A stretch of 64,000 bases of DNA from Patescibacteria group bacterium (GCA_041742135.1 JBGSJG010000004.1:299773-363772); one strand, 5' to 3'. Positions 44,989-54,981 are shown, counted from the first letter of the stretch. Notes: generated by a model not told the origin, from the sequence alone. Made by a program: numbers and translations.

Positions 44989-46281
44989 ATGGAGCAAGAT
45001 AACGCTTACCAAATTACTCCTAGTTCAAAAAAAACGACATACAAAAAGATTCAAAAGATCGCTGCGATTTTAACGGCTCTTTTGATTGTTTTTGCTGTGG
45101 GTTATAAAGTTGGCTCGTCGGGCTACAAGATTGAGCCGAGTGGGTATGTGGTCAGCATAAGCCGAGAAGTCCCCGCCAATAAGAAAAACTTGGATTTTGC
45201 AATGTTTTGGCGAGTGTGGGATACAATCCAAAACAATTATTTTGATAAGTCAAAAATTGATGACAGCCAGCTTGTGTGGGGTGCAATCAAGGGGATGGTG
45301 GCCGCGGTAGGGGATCCCTACACTGTGTTTTTAACTCCAGATGAAAATAGAATTACTCAAGAGGATTTGTCTGGTAATTTTGAGGGAGTTGGAATCCAGA
45401 TTGGGTTTAAAGGGACTCAACTCGCAGTGGTCGCTCCTTTGTTGGGTTCTCCAGCCGAGGAAGCGGGGGTTTTGGCTGGGGACATCATCGCGGGCATTAA
45501 GGATGAAGAGAAAGACGTGGAACGGGGCACAGTGGGTATTACACTGCCAGATGCGGTGGGCTTGATTCGAGGGCCTGCTGGCTCAACAGTAACACTTTCT
45601 CTTCTGCGTGATGGAAGTGACACTCCGATAATCGTAGATCTGACTCGACGGGAGATTAACGTGCCAAGCGTCTCTTTGGAATTTGTTGGCGAAAACCAAA
45701 ACATAGCACATCTTCGAGTCCTAAAATTTGGCGGCGAGACGTACGATGAATGGAATGAAGCGGTTTTGTCAATTTTAACCAAACAGGACTTGCAGGGCGT
45801 GATAGTTGATTTAAGGAATAATCCGGGAGGGTATCTTCAAGGAGCGGTGGATTTGGGTGGGGAGTTTTTGCAAAAAGGTGACGTGGTTGTCTCCGAAGAA
45901 TATGCAGATGGCACACGCGATAATTATTTGGTTGAATCAACGGGCAGGCTGACACGCGATAATGTCGTGGTTTTGATCAACGGCGGCTCAGCTTCAGCTT
46001 CCGAGATTTTAGCTGGAGCTCTCCGAGATAAGCGCAACTTTCCCCTTGTGGGCGAGGTAAGCTTTGGCAAGGGAACGGTTCAAGAAGCCAAACAGCTTGA
46101 AAATGAAGTTGGTCTTCACATTACAGTCGCCAGATGGCTGACTCCAGATGGAATTTGGGTGAATCAGGTAGGTTTGACACCAGATCACATGGTGGAAGAC
46201 GACTCAGAAACTCCAGAAGATGAACAGCTTGCTAAAGCGATTGAAGTATTAAACAATTTCAGCTCGCTCTCAGGAAGATAA
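44989..46281 (+). CDS. carboxyl-terminal processing protease (S41)
   Basis: N-terminal TM anchor, a PDZ domain and the S41 catalytic region 'VVLINGGSASASEILAGAL' with a downstream Lys. Confidence 0.85.
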   Translation: MEQDNAYQITPSSKKTTYKKIQKIAAILTALLIVFAVGYKVGSSGYKIEPSGYVVSISREVPANKKNLDFAMFWRVWDTIQNNYFDKSKIDDSQLVWGAIKGMVAAVGDPYTVFLTPDENRITQEDLSGNFEGVGIQIGFKGTQLAVVAPLLGSPAEEAGVLAGDIIAGIKDEEKDVERGTVGITLPDAVGLIRGPAGSTVTLSLLRDGSDTPIIVDLTRREINVPSVSLEFVGENQNIAHLRVLKFGGETYDEWNEAVLSILTKQDLQGVIVDLRNNPGGYLQGAVDLGGEFLQKGDVVVSEEYADGTRDNYLVESTGRLTRDNVVVLINGGSASASEILAGALRDKRNFPLVGEVSFGKGTVQEAKQLENEVGLHITVARWLTPDGIWVNQVGLTPDHMVEDDSETPEDEQLAKAIEVLNNFSSLSGR

Positions 46282-46296
46282 TTAAAAATAGTTCAA

Positions 46297-47451
46297 ATGC
46301 TAGGTAGACTTGGAATCTCCAAAAAGGCGGTTATCGGCGCTTTAGTTTTGTTTGTAGCTTTGGTGTCTTCGTTGGGTGGAGCCTTGGCTGACAGGCTTTT
46401 TGTGATTAAGCCCTTAGATGCTCTGGTCGAGCGTGTAGGTGAAGGCTCAATGGTTAATGGGACTCGTGAGGTCTTGCGTGAAGAGTCTGCGGTAATAAAT
46501 GTTGCTGATCAGGTTTCACCTTCAGTTGTAACTGTCTCTTTTGAGTCTCCCGAAAGGCGAGTTTTGCAATTTGATCCTTTCAATGGCTTCCGTTCTCAGG
46601 TTCAAGGAGGCGTGCCACAAGATATTGGAAGCGGTTTTATCGTTTCTGAAAATGGTTTGGTAATTACCAATAAACATGTGGTTAGCTCTGAAGGCTCGTA
46701 TAAAATTATTACCAAAGACGGAGAAGAGCATGAAGTTCGCGCGATTCACCGTGACCCCGCAAATGATTTGGCAATTTTAGAAACAGACATTGTTAATGCA
46801 GTTCCCGTAAAGCTTGGAGACTCGGGCGAGCTAAAAGTTGGGCAGTTCGTAATTGCAATTGGTACTGCTCTTGGAGAATTTAGGCATACTGTCACCACAG
46901 GCGTTGTGTCCGGGCTTGGCCGTGGTATTGTGGCGGGGAGTGTGTTTGAAGGCTATGTGGAGCGGCTTGATAACGTAATCCAGACTGATGCAGCAATCAA
47001 CCCGGGCAACTCAGGGGGGCCACTTCTTAATGCTTCTGGCCAAGTAATTGGTGTTAACGTTGCAGTTGCCCAAGGAGCTCAGAATATCGGTTTTGCGCTT
47101 CCTATCGATTTGGTCAAAAAAGGAATTGAAGAGTACGAAGCTAGCGGGAATTTTGCGAGCAAAGCATTTTTGGGAGTGGAGCACAGTATGATAAGTCGCG
47201 AAGCAGCACTTTTAAATGAAGTGCCCCAAGGGGCTTACATTACCAATGTTGTGTCAGGCTCTGGCGCGGACAATGCGGGGATACAAGCTGGAGACATAAT
47301 CACAAAAATTGATGGCAAGAGTTTGGGCGATGCCGAAGATGGGCTTTCGGGAATAATTGCTGAGTATAGTGTGGGCGACACAGTTTCTATTGAAGTTTGG
47401 CGAGACGATGATTATCTTACCGTGCAGGCCAACCTGTCTTCAGGTAACTAG
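46297..47451 (+). CDS. HtrA/DegP family serine protease (trypsin-like + PDZ)
   Basis: Catalytic triad context 'ITNKHVV', 'DLAIL' and 'GNSGGPLLNASGQVIGVN', followed by a C-terminal PDZ. Confidence 0.85.
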   Translation: MLGRLGISKKAVIGALVLFVALVSSLGGALADRLFVIKPLDALVERVGEGSMVNGTREVLREESAVINVADQVSPSVVTVSFESPERRVLQFDPFNGFRSQVQGGVPQDIGSGFIVSENGLVITNKHVVSSEGSYKIITKDGEEHEVRAIHRDPANDLAILETDIVNAVPVKLGDSGELKVGQFVIAIGTALGEFRHTVTTGVVSGLGRGIVAGSVFEGYVERLDNVIQTDAAINPGNSGGPLLNASGQVIGVNVAVAQGAQNIGFALPIDLVKKGIEEYEASGNFASKAFLGVEHSMISREAALLNEVPQGAYITNVVSGSGADNAGIQAGDIITKIDGKSLGDAEDGLSGIIAEYSVGDTVSIEVWRDDDYLTVQANLSSGN

Positions 47452-47486
47452 TTGATTTTACTTATAAAAGTAGGAAAATATAATCA

Positions 47487-47729
47487 ATGGAATTTGAACA
47501 GGCCTTGAGTAGCCGAGTAATTTCTTCTGCTGATTCTGCGCTAGTGGAAACTGAGTATTATTTTTTGGGGGTGCACGGAAAGATAACAATTGGAGATCAT
47601 GAATATCAAGGTGAAGTTCACACCCGTGATACTTGGTCTGGTGGGCCTGAGACTAGGATAGTAGTTCAAGGTGTTAGGGCCGTACGGGTTACTTCAGAGG
47701 AAAGTGAGTCAACTTTGACTGCCGCTTGA
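47487..47729 (+). CDS. hypothetical small protein
   Basis: 80 aa ORF in a gap. No motif. Confidence 0.3.
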   Translation: MEFEQALSSRVISSADSALVETEYYFLGVHGKITIGDHEYQGEVHTRDTWSGGPETRIVVQGVRAVRVTSEESESTLTAA

Positions 47730-48407
47730 GAAGCTGAGAACTTTATCCAAATTGCCATCGACAATTACTTCCAAGTTGCCAAATGATTTACCAATTCTGT
47801 GATCTGTCAGCCGGTCTTGTGGAAAATTGTAGGTTTTGATTTTTTCAGACCTATTGCCGCTTCCGATAGCGCTTCGGTACCCAGCCACTTCACGCATTTT
47901 CTTTTGCTCTTCAAGCTCGTAAAGCTTTGAGCGAAGTAACCCCATTGCATTCATTCTGTTTTGTTCCTGAAATCGCTCTGTCTGCGCGGTAACAACAATA
48001 CCTGTTGGCTTATGGGTAAGCCTGACTGCTGTACTTACTTTATTAACATTTTGGCCGCCGTGCCCACCAGCGCGATAAAACTGAACTTCAATGTCTCGTG
48101 GGTCGATATGAACCTCGCTATCTGCGACTTCTGGCAAAACAACCACAGTAGCTGTAGAGGTGTGAATTCTGCCACGCTTTTCTGTAGCAGGAACACGCTG
48201 AACTCTATGAACACCAGACTCGTGCTTTAGTAAATCAAACACACCCGGAGCCTTAATCTGAATCGTTGATTCATCTAATTGAAGTACTTTCCAGTCTTTT
48301 TTGACTGCATGCCGGAAGTACATTCTTAGAAGTTCAGAAGCCCAAAGCTTCGCCTCATCGCCTCCAGCGGCACCGCGAACCTCAATGTAGCATGTCTGAT
48401 TATCCAT
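47709..48407 (-). CDS. prfA: class I peptide chain release factor, RF1-type (PAT), lacking N-terminal domain 1
   Basis: '[19 protein letters not shown]' is the RF1 PxT tripeptide context. '[26 protein letters not shown]' is the GGQ motif. Only 232 aa. An in-frame stop lies 13 codons upstream of the ATG, and rpmE ends 8 nt further upstream. Confidence 0.72.
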   Translation of the reverse strand: MDNQTCYIEVRGAAGGDEAKLWASELLRMYFRHAVKKDWKVLQLDESTIQIKAPGVFDLLKHESGVHRVQRVPATEKRGRIHTSTATVVVLPEVADSEVHIDPRDIEVQFYRAGGHGGQNVNKVSTAVRLTHKPTGIVVTAQTERFQEQNRMNAMGLLRSKLYELEEQKKMREVAGYRSAIGSGNRSEKIKTYNFPQDRLTDHRIGKSFGNLEVIVDGNLDKVLSFSSGSQS

Positions 48408-48414
48408 GAAGAGA

Positions 48415-48756
48415 CTAATTACTCTTGGCTTTTTTGCTTTCTTTCTTTAGCGTTTCTCGGAGCTCCTCGAGGGATTCTGGTCGGTCAAGTTGTTCTTGAA
48501 TCTTCTTTTCTCTTTTATTTTTCCTGCGTGTTGCTTTTGATAACACCTTAGTGTCAGCCGCTTTTAAGCGGGCACGGAAAGAATCAACGCGTCCTGCGGC
48601 GTCGACGAATTTCATTTGCCCCGTAAAGAAAGGGTGGCAGTTGTAGCAGACCTCAACATCTATCTCAGGCACAGTAGCCCCGATCGTAAATTTGTTACCA
48701 CACGCACACGTAACTACGGCATCTTTGAACCAATTTGGATGAACTTTCGTTTGCAT
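48415..48756 (-). CDS. rpmE: 50S ribosomal protein L31 with K-rich C-terminal extension
   Basis: '[47 protein letters not shown]' is the L31 Zn-ribbon. It is followed by a ~50 aa Lys/Arg/Glu-rich tail. Confidence 0.8.
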   Translation of the reverse strand: MQTKVHPNWFKDAVVTCACGNKFTIGATVPEIDVEVCYNCHPFFTGQMKFVDAAGRVDSFRARLKAADTKVLSKATRRKNKREKKIQEQLDRPESLEELRETLKKESKKAKSN

Positions 48757-48769
48757 GAGACAAATTATA

Positions 48770-49666
48770 TCAGTGACTTCGCGTTTCGGCAATTATCACT
48801 CCAATAATGACAATTATTGCACCAACTACAAAGCCTAAAGTGAGCTCCTCTCGAAGTAGTATCACGGCAAGCGGTACCGAAAGTACCGGGATAAGATAAC
48901 TAAAAAGTGAGGCTTCCGACACTTCGATTATTTTTTGAGCTCGGCTACGGAATAAGTATGCGATGTTTCCTGAAAAAAGCGCCATATAAAGCACTCCAAG
49001 ATGATAAATTGGCGAAAGAGCGGCCACCTCGGCGATAAAGAAGCGGAAGTTAAAAAGGATGATTGGGATGAAACTTACAAACCCTACCAAAAATCCATAA
49101 TTGGTTATAGCAGTTGGGCTAACATCTTTCTTGAGTAATTTTTTAAGGACTACAATTGCAGCAATGTCAAAAGTTATATGCAAGATTAGCATCAAGTTAC
49201 CCCAGAAGGTTCCTGTGGCAATCCCACTTTCAATGATAGGCCCGACAAGGGTTATGGCTGTACCTGCAAGTGCTACGGCAATACCTATCTTTTCTCGCTT
49301 CGTTATTTTTTCTTTTAGAAAAATTACGCCAGCGATCGATGCGAGAAGAGGCAGTGCGAGGGTTATCAAGGATAGGTTTAAAACGGTGGTCTGGTTAAGT
49401 CCTAAAAATAAAAATCCTAGAGCAAAAGTCGTGGACAGAAGCCCGTGAACTACAATCATCACTCTTAATGACATGCTTTTGGGAAGCTTTGAGCCAAACA
49501 TGTAAATGGAAGCTAAAGCAAAAATTGACGATATAAAGAATCGGTAAAACAAAAAGCTAAAAGGGGAGATGCCTTGAAGGGTAAATTTAATGACAATAGC
49601 GGCAAAAGCCCAGATTGATGTCGCCAGCAAAAGCAGCAAAAAAGCATGAAGTCTCTTGGGGGTCAT
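48770..49666 (-). CDS. EamA/DMT family transporter
   Basis: 298 aa, 10 TM, with two EamA-like halves. Confidence 0.65.
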   Translation of the reverse strand: MTPKRLHAFLLLLLATSIWAFAAIVIKFTLQGISPFSFLFYRFFISSIFALASIYMFGSKLPKSMSLRVMIVVHGLLSTTFALGFLFLGLNQTTVLNLSLITLALPLLASIAGVIFLKEKITKREKIGIAVALAGTAITLVGPIIESGIATGTFWGNLMLILHITFDIAAIVVLKKLLKKDVSPTAITNYGFLVGFVSFIPIILFNFRFFIAEVAALSPIYHLGVLYMALFSGNIAYLFRSRAQKIIEVSEASLFSYLIPVLSVPLAVILLREELTLGFVVGAIIVIIGVIIAETRSH

Positions 49667-49675
49667 TACTGATTA

Positions 49676-50590
49676 TTACAGAAGGATAATGGTAGAAGCA
49701 ATGAGTTCGCCTTCGTCAAGCTCTCCAACCACGACAATGCGGTCACCTTCTTGTGCGGTCAAAAGTTTAATTGTTTTGAGCTCCTCTTCGCGTGCTGAAT
49801 AAACTTCGACTTTTCCTCGTGCATCAATAGAAATTTCTTCATTTGAATCGCTTTCGGTAACTAAGAACTCCTTTGAGTTAAGAGTTTTAATAATTCCGGT
49901 TTTGGATTCTAAGTAGACGGGATCTGTTTGTGTTGTAACTAGAACCCTAAAAGCTTCAAATACTTTTCCTTCTTTTGTGTGTCCCAAATTTGCTACAAAA
50001 TCTCCGATGGCAAGATCCGAGAAAGATATTTCGCGAGCATCATCGACCACCGAGCCATAAGAAGTTTCTTCTGATATCGAAATTTGCTTTATCTCACCAC
50101 TATCTCCTCGAATTTGAATTGTGTCTTCTGCTATGTCGGTGACAGCACCCACGAGCGCGGTTAGTGCTTGGCTACTGGCGTTTTCAATCTTGGTTGTAAA
50201 AATGAGGGTTAGCTCTTGGCTTTTGGGTGCAGGTTCTTGGCTAAATGATAAAACCTTCAGCTGATTGATTCCACTTGCCAGCTCGAAATTTAAGCTAAAC
50301 TCGCCAGAAGCATTAGCTTTTGTCGTATAAACTTTTCCGTCAGTTACAATGATCGTGGACCCGGGAGTCGCTAGGCCCGAAATGGCCACTACATCTTCGG
50401 TTAGGACCGCAAAGTTTTGGGGGCTCACGATACTTAAATCTGAAACTACTTGGTTAGTTGTTTTTTCTTCAACTTGCGTTGGAGCAGGTTGCGGAGTCTG
50501 GCGGGCACGTGTGCTACGCCAAAGGACAAAAGCGGTAACAATCCCAATTACGCTTCCCAAAAAAATTGCAAATAGTTGTTCTTTTCTCAT
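49676..50590 (-). CDS. hypothetical secreted protein
   Basis: Signal peptide/TM anchor 'LFAIFLGSVIGIVTAFVLW' and a beta-rich body. No motif. Confidence 0.4.
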   Translation of the reverse strand: MRKEQLFAIFLGSVIGIVTAFVLWRSTRARQTPQPAPTQVEEKTTNQVVSDLSIVSPQNFAVLTEDVVAISGLATPGSTIIVTDGKVYTTKANASGEFSLNFELASGINQLKVLSFSQEPAPKSQELTLIFTTKIENASSQALTALVGAVTDIAEDTIQIRGDSGEIKQISISEETSYGSVVDDAREISFSDLAIGDFVANLGHTKEGKVFEAFRVLVTTQTDPVYLESKTGIIKTLNSKEFLVTESDSNEEISIDARGKVEVYSAREEELKTIKLLTAQEGDRIVVVGELDEGELIASTIILL

Positions 50591-50665
50591 TTATGAGGGA
50601 GCAAGTTAATATACTGTTCGTGCGAGTCCTTGTCAATGGCGCCTCCAAGTGTTACGATGTCTTGC

Positions 50666-51316
50666 ATGGAAATCATATATCTAGGCCATTCTTCTTTTTG
50701 CATCAAGACCAAAACATCTTCAATCGTGACTGATCCATTCGACCCGCAAATGGTTGGCTTTCGCTTTCCAAAAACTGAAGCTCAGATTGTAACAATTTCG
50801 CATCCTCATGATGATCACAATAAAAGTGGTTTGGTTGAAGGAAATCCAAAAGTCATTACCGGGCCGGGGGAATATGAGATTAATGGAATTTCTATGATTG
50901 GTATTCCAAGTTTCCATGACAAAAAAAATGGCGCAGAGCGCGGCAAAAATACTATTTTTGTTTTTGAAATTGAAGGCATTAGAATTGCCCATTTGGGAGA
51001 CTTGGGCCACGAGTTAACGGAGGCAACAGTCGAGGATATGGGGGAAATTGACGTTTTGATGATTCCAGTTGGGGGAGTTTATACCTTAGATAATAAAGAA
51101 GCAGTGGAGGAAGTTCGCTCTATTGAACCCAAAATCATTATCCCGATGCACTATAAAGTACCCGGCATTAATCCGGAAGCTTTTGGTGAGCTTCAAACTG
51201 AAGAAGGCTTTGTAAGCGAGCTTGGGCTAACTGTGAATCACGAAAAGAAATTAAGTGTAAAAGCGGATACACTGCCCACCGACGCTCAAGTCGTTACTGT
51301 CCTTTCGATAGTATAA
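50666..51316 (+). CDS. MBL-fold metallo-hydrolase
   Basis: 'ISHPHDDHN' (HxHxDH) and the downstream His/Asp ligands 'AHLGDLGH' and 'PMHY'. Start chosen at MEIIYLGHSSF. Confidence 0.72.
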   Translation: MEIIYLGHSSFCIKTKTSSIVTDPFDPQMVGFRFPKTEAQIVTISHPHDDHNKSGLVEGNPKVITGPGEYEINGISMIGIPSFHDKKNGAERGKNTIFVFEIEGIRIAHLGDLGHELTEATVEDMGEIDVLMIPVGGVYTLDNKEAVEEVRSIEPKIIIPMHYKVPGINPEAFGELQTEEGFVSELGLTVNHEKKLSVKADTLPTDAQVVTVLSIV

Positions 51317-51317
51317 G

Positions 51318-52640
51318 ATGGCAGATGCGAGTTCAATTTCAATACGAGTTCCTCCACACTCAGAAGAGGCAGAAATAAGCGTTCTCGGCGCACTTTTATT
51401 GGACCGGGATGCAATCATCTCTGTTGCCGAATTTTTGTCTCCAGAGCATTTTTATGACGACCGGCATAAAGCGGTTTATGAAGCGATGCTTGGGCTTTTT
51501 GAAGATCGTACTCCTATCGATGTGTTGACTGTTTCAGACCGACTTAAAAAAAATAAAAGCCTCAAGGAAATTGGCGGCGTGAGTTTTTTGGCTGAGATGG
51601 CCAATAAAGTTCCGACTGCCGCTCATGTCGAGCATTATGGCAAGATTGTCAAAGACCAAGCCACAAAGCGTAGCATCATGACTGCCGCTTCTAAACTTGT
51701 GGATCTGTCGCTTGATGAGGGCTTGGGAGCAGATGAGCTACTAGATAAGGCCGAATCTCAGGTGTTTTCAATCACTCAACATCATTTGGCAAAGGGCTTT
51801 ACATCTGTCAAAACTGCACTGGCTGATTCATTTGATAGGCTGGATGAGCTTCATAAACTTGATAGCGGCCTTCGTGGTGTGCCAACTGGATTTACTGATT
51901 TGGATAATTTGTTGGCGGGACTACAAAAATCAAATTTAGTTATCCTCGCAGCTCGTCCGGGAGTTGGAAAGACCGCTTTGGCCATGAACGTTGCCCACAA
52001 CTTGGCAGTTACTCACAAGCGGCCAGTTGGTTATTTCTCGTTGGAAATGAGTAAAGAAGAGCTGGTGGACAGGCTTTTGGTGTCGCAAGCGGACATAGAT
52101 GCTTGGAAGCTTAAGACCGGAAGGCTCTCAGAGGATGACTTTGCGGCGCTGTCTAATGCCATGGGAGTACTGGCTGAAGCACCGCTTTATATTGATGATA
52201 CTCCGGGAATTTCAATTCTTGAAATGAGGACTAAAGCAAGGCGACTCCAAGTGGACTCTGGAGTTGACTTAATTGTGGTCGATTATATGCAGTTGGGCCG
52301 TAGCCGAAACTTGGAGAATCGCGTTCAGGAAGTTGCTGAAATTTCACAAGGCCTAAAAAACTTGGCCCGGGAACTCAAGGTTCCAGTTTTGGCTTTGTCA
52401 CAGCTATCTCGTGCAGTTGAGTCTCGCGGGACCAAGCGACCCGTTCTGGCTGACCTTAGGGAATCGGGGAGCATTGAGCAAGATGCTGACGTTGTGATGT
52501 TTTTGTGGCGGGAAGACGATGATAATCAAGAAAAAATATTTTTGGATATCGCAAAGCACCGAAACGGCCCTTTGGGCCAGGTACAACTTTACTTCAAAGG
52601 GGACAGGATTAAGTTTTACGGTCTTGAGCACAAGCGATAA
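51318..52640 (+). CDS. dnaB: replicative DNA helicase DnaB
   Basis: N-terminal 'EAEISVLGALLLD', Walker A 'AARPGVGKTALAMN', Walker B 'LIVVDYMQL' and arginine finger region 'ALSQLSRAVESR'. Confidence 0.92.
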   Translation: MADASSISIRVPPHSEEAEISVLGALLLDRDAIISVAEFLSPEHFYDDRHKAVYEAMLGLFEDRTPIDVLTVSDRLKKNKSLKEIGGVSFLAEMANKVPTAAHVEHYGKIVKDQATKRSIMTAASKLVDLSLDEGLGADELLDKAESQVFSITQHHLAKGFTSVKTALADSFDRLDELHKLDSGLRGVPTGFTDLDNLLAGLQKSNLVILAARPGVGKTALAMNVAHNLAVTHKRPVGYFSLEMSKEELVDRLLVSQADIDAWKLKTGRLSEDDFAALSNAMGVLAEAPLYIDDTPGISILEMRTKARRLQVDSGVDLIVVDYMQLGRSRNLENRVQEVAEISQGLKNLARELKVPVLALSQLSRAVESRGTKRPVLADLRESGSIEQDADVVMFLWREDDDNQEKIFLDIAKHRNGPLGQVQLYFKGDRIKFYGLEHKR

Positions 52641-52687
52641 GACAGCAAGCTTTGCTTATGGTACTGACTCCAAGAGGATAACATCTA

Positions 52688-53293
52688 TTATTCTAAAATT
52701 CCTAGGTTTGTTAATTCACGCTCAAGAGTGGAATAATCCTTGTAAAGGACTGGAGTGAAGCCTATCTGAGCGGCGGTTGATAAGCTGTTTTTTGTATCGT
52801 CTATGAATATAAGTTTTGTCATTGGTATGTCAAGCTTAGCCGCGAAGATTTCGAACGCTCTCGGGTGAGGCTTGCTGAATCCAATTTCTGCGGACACAAC
52901 AACTGAATCGAAATGTCTGGCAACTCCAATTTTTTTAATGTTACTTGCAGCTTCTAGATTGTTATTGCTAAGAAGACCGGTTTTATAGCCTTTTTTTCTT
53001 AATTTATCTATCAATTTTAGTAGGGGACGATTAATCTTTTCTTTAGGAAGGTTTCCTAACAGTTTCAATAAATCTTCATACCTATCTTCGACCCCAAGTT
53101 CAGTTAGTACTTTTCTCCACAATTCTTGTTTCGTTAACAGATTGTTATTGAACAAGTGGTTAAATTTGAAGTAGCTACGTTTAAATTCAGTGACGGAAAC
53201 ACCAAGGCAATTTGACACCAATGAATCAAAAGTCGTGCTTGGCGTTCCAAAAACGACTCCACTATAGTCGAAACCTACTGCTTGGTATTTCAT
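52688..53293 (-). CDS. HAD-like hydrolase
   Basis: Listed ORF 52688..53380 trimmed, because its first 29 codons are a translation of the tRNA-Leu gene. Start at MKYQAVGFDYSGVV. Motif III/IV 'LIFIDDTKNS'. Confidence 0.6.
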   Translation of the reverse strand: MKYQAVGFDYSGVVFGTPSTTFDSLVSNCLGVSVTEFKRSYFKFNHLFNNNLLTKQELWRKVLTELGVEDRYEDLLKLLGNLPKEKINRPLLKLIDKLRKKGYKTGLLSNNNLEAASNIKKIGVARHFDSVVVSAEIGFSKPHPRAFEIFAAKLDIPMTKLIFIDDTKNSLSTAAQIGFTPVLYKDYSTLERELTNLGILE

Positions 53294-53297
53294 GGAA

Positions 53298-53386
<89 letters not shown>

Positions 53387-53410
53387 AAATTATCTAATAT
53401 GTTAATCAAT

Positions 53411-53476
53411 GCGTCTGCCAATTCCGCCCGCCTGCAGAAGCTATCGCTTCAGCGATTGCGGGCAGGCCACCCCGGC
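53411..53476 (-). repeat. partial duplicate of tRNA-Leu 5' region (acceptor 5' strand + D-arm) interrupted by 38-nt palindromic insert
   Basis: 'GCGTCTGCCAATTCCGCC' (53411-28) is identical to 53361-78 inside the tRNA. 'GCCACCCCGGC' (53466-76) corresponds to the tRNA 5' end. Between them lies 'cgcctgcagaagctatcgcttcagcgattgcgggcag', which contains the ATCGCT-tc-AGCGAT and GCCCGC/GCGGGC stems. Confidence 0.6.
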
Positions 53477-53488
53477 GCTGCGGCTATT

Positions 53489-53917
53489 TTAGCACAGAAC
53501 ATCACTCAAACGCGCTACTAGCTCATCAAATTTTTTAATTTGAAATTTTCTGATAACCAAATCTTCAGTTTTCCCGTTTGGTTTTTTAAAACGAACAAAA
53601 ATAAAGCTATGCCAATATCCACCGGGCTTAAATTCGTAGTATTCAATTTTATTAAAGGGCACATTGTGTGTGGTAAAAGACACGCTTGAAAAAGAAATAT
53701 TCACATCTATGCTATCTTCGCGAATTTCTATGGCAGGTTTACGAAATCGTGATATCTCAAACATCAAATAGAGGAAAACTGAAACAGAGATTGAAAATAA
53801 AATAATTTTTGGAATATTTTCACTAGTACCTTGAGACCTTATGAACGAAACAAGAGTGAAGATAAATTCTGCAATAACTTTAAGAATGACAAAAATTTTG
53901 GTTTGATAGAACTTCAT
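53489..53917 (-). CDS. hypothetical membrane protein
   Basis: 142 aa, 2 TM N-terminal. Confidence 0.4.
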   Translation of the reverse strand: MKFYQTKIFVILKVIAEFIFTLVSFIRSQGTSENIPKIILFSISVSVFLYLMFEISRFRKPAIEIREDSIDVNISFSSVSFTTHNVPFNKIEYYEFKPGGYWHSFIFVRFKKPNGKTEDLVIRKFQIKKFDELVARLSDVLC

Positions 53918-54399
53918 GTAGGTTTTTGATAATTAACTGCCAAGTTTGGTAGCCTGTCTTTTATTAGTTTAATAACGTTTTCAAATTCAAAAATATCGTT
54001 ACGGGTCAGGTAGCATTTCTTTATTTGTGTTCCGTGCGCGTACTGGATAACCAGAATTTCGGGTTTATCTTTTTTATCGAGTTTGACCTCAGCAAGCATC
54101 ACAGATGCAAAGCCAATTATGTGTGTTGTAAATATGAATCGCCACTTTATGATTGGGTCATACATCTGCCTTATTGTCATCGAGTCGCTTATGATCTCGA
54201 CGATAGGCAGGGAAGAAAGATAGGCCTCATACAAAAATGCTCCAAAAAAGGCTAAGCAAATGGCGATTAAGACTAACGCCCGAGCAGGATCTTCAAGTAT
54301 TCCAAAAGCAAAGCCGCCAGCCAAAACGCTTCCAATAAGAATCGGCAAAAAGCGCGCTCTGCCTCTGAAAAAGGTTACATACCCGTAGCTATTTGCCAT
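53914..54399 (-). CDS. hypothetical membrane protein
   Basis: Frame of listed ORF 53914..54504. I trimmed it to MANSYGYV to avoid overlap with divergent efp. Confidence 0.35.
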   Translation of the reverse strand: MANSYGYVTFFRGRARFLPILIGSVLAGGFAFGILEDPARALVLIAICLAFFGAFLYEAYLSSLPIVEIISDSMTIRQMYDPIIKWRFIFTTHIIGFASVMLAEVKLDKKDKPEILVIQYAHGTQIKKCYLTRNDIFEFENVIKLIKDRLPNLAVNYQKPT

Positions 54400-54423
54400 A
54401 AATTGAGTATAATACATAGTGCA

Positions 54424-54981
54424 ATGATTGTTGCGAGTGATCTTAAAAATGGCGTTGCTTTTTTGGATGGTGGCAAGCCTTACAAAGTAGTTAAATATAG
54501 CCATATCAAGATGGGCCGTGGCGGAGCTACTGTACGTGTGATGGCACGTAATCTTGAAAATGGTGAGCTGGTCGAAAAAACATACGACTCCAAAAACAAG
54601 GTGGACGAGGTATCAACTTCCAAAAAGCGAATGCAATACTTGTACAATGACGGCAAAAATGCTTCTTTTATGAATCCGATGACTTACGAGCAGACAGAAA
54701 TTGAGCTTGATGTTTTGGGAGATTCGATTTTGTTTATCAAAGAGGGTAGTGAGGTGGATGTTTTATATTGGGACGACAAGGCTCTGTCTGTCGACATTGC
54801 TCCAAAAGTTGAACTTGAAGTAGTTGATACTGCTCCGGGAGTAAAAGGAAACTCGGCCGCAAATATTTACAAGCCTGCAAAACTTGAGAACGGCCTTGAA
54901 ATAAAAGTTCCGCTTTTTATAAAAATAGGGGACAAAATCCGTGTTGATACTAGAACCTCTGAGTATATTGAGCGAGCCTAG
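54424..54981 (+). CDS. efp: elongation factor P
   Basis: 'MIVASDLKNGVAFLDGGKPYKVVKYSHIKMGRGGATVRV' is the EF-P KOW-like N-terminus. Two OB domains follow. Confidence 0.88.
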   Translation: MIVASDLKNGVAFLDGGKPYKVVKYSHIKMGRGGATVRVMARNLENGELVEKTYDSKNKVDEVSTSKKRMQYLYNDGKNASFMNPMTYEQTEIELDVLGDSILFIKEGSEVDVLYWDDKALSVDIAPKVELEVVDTAPGVKGNSAANIYKPAKLENGLEIKVPLFIKIGDKIRVDTRTSEYIERA

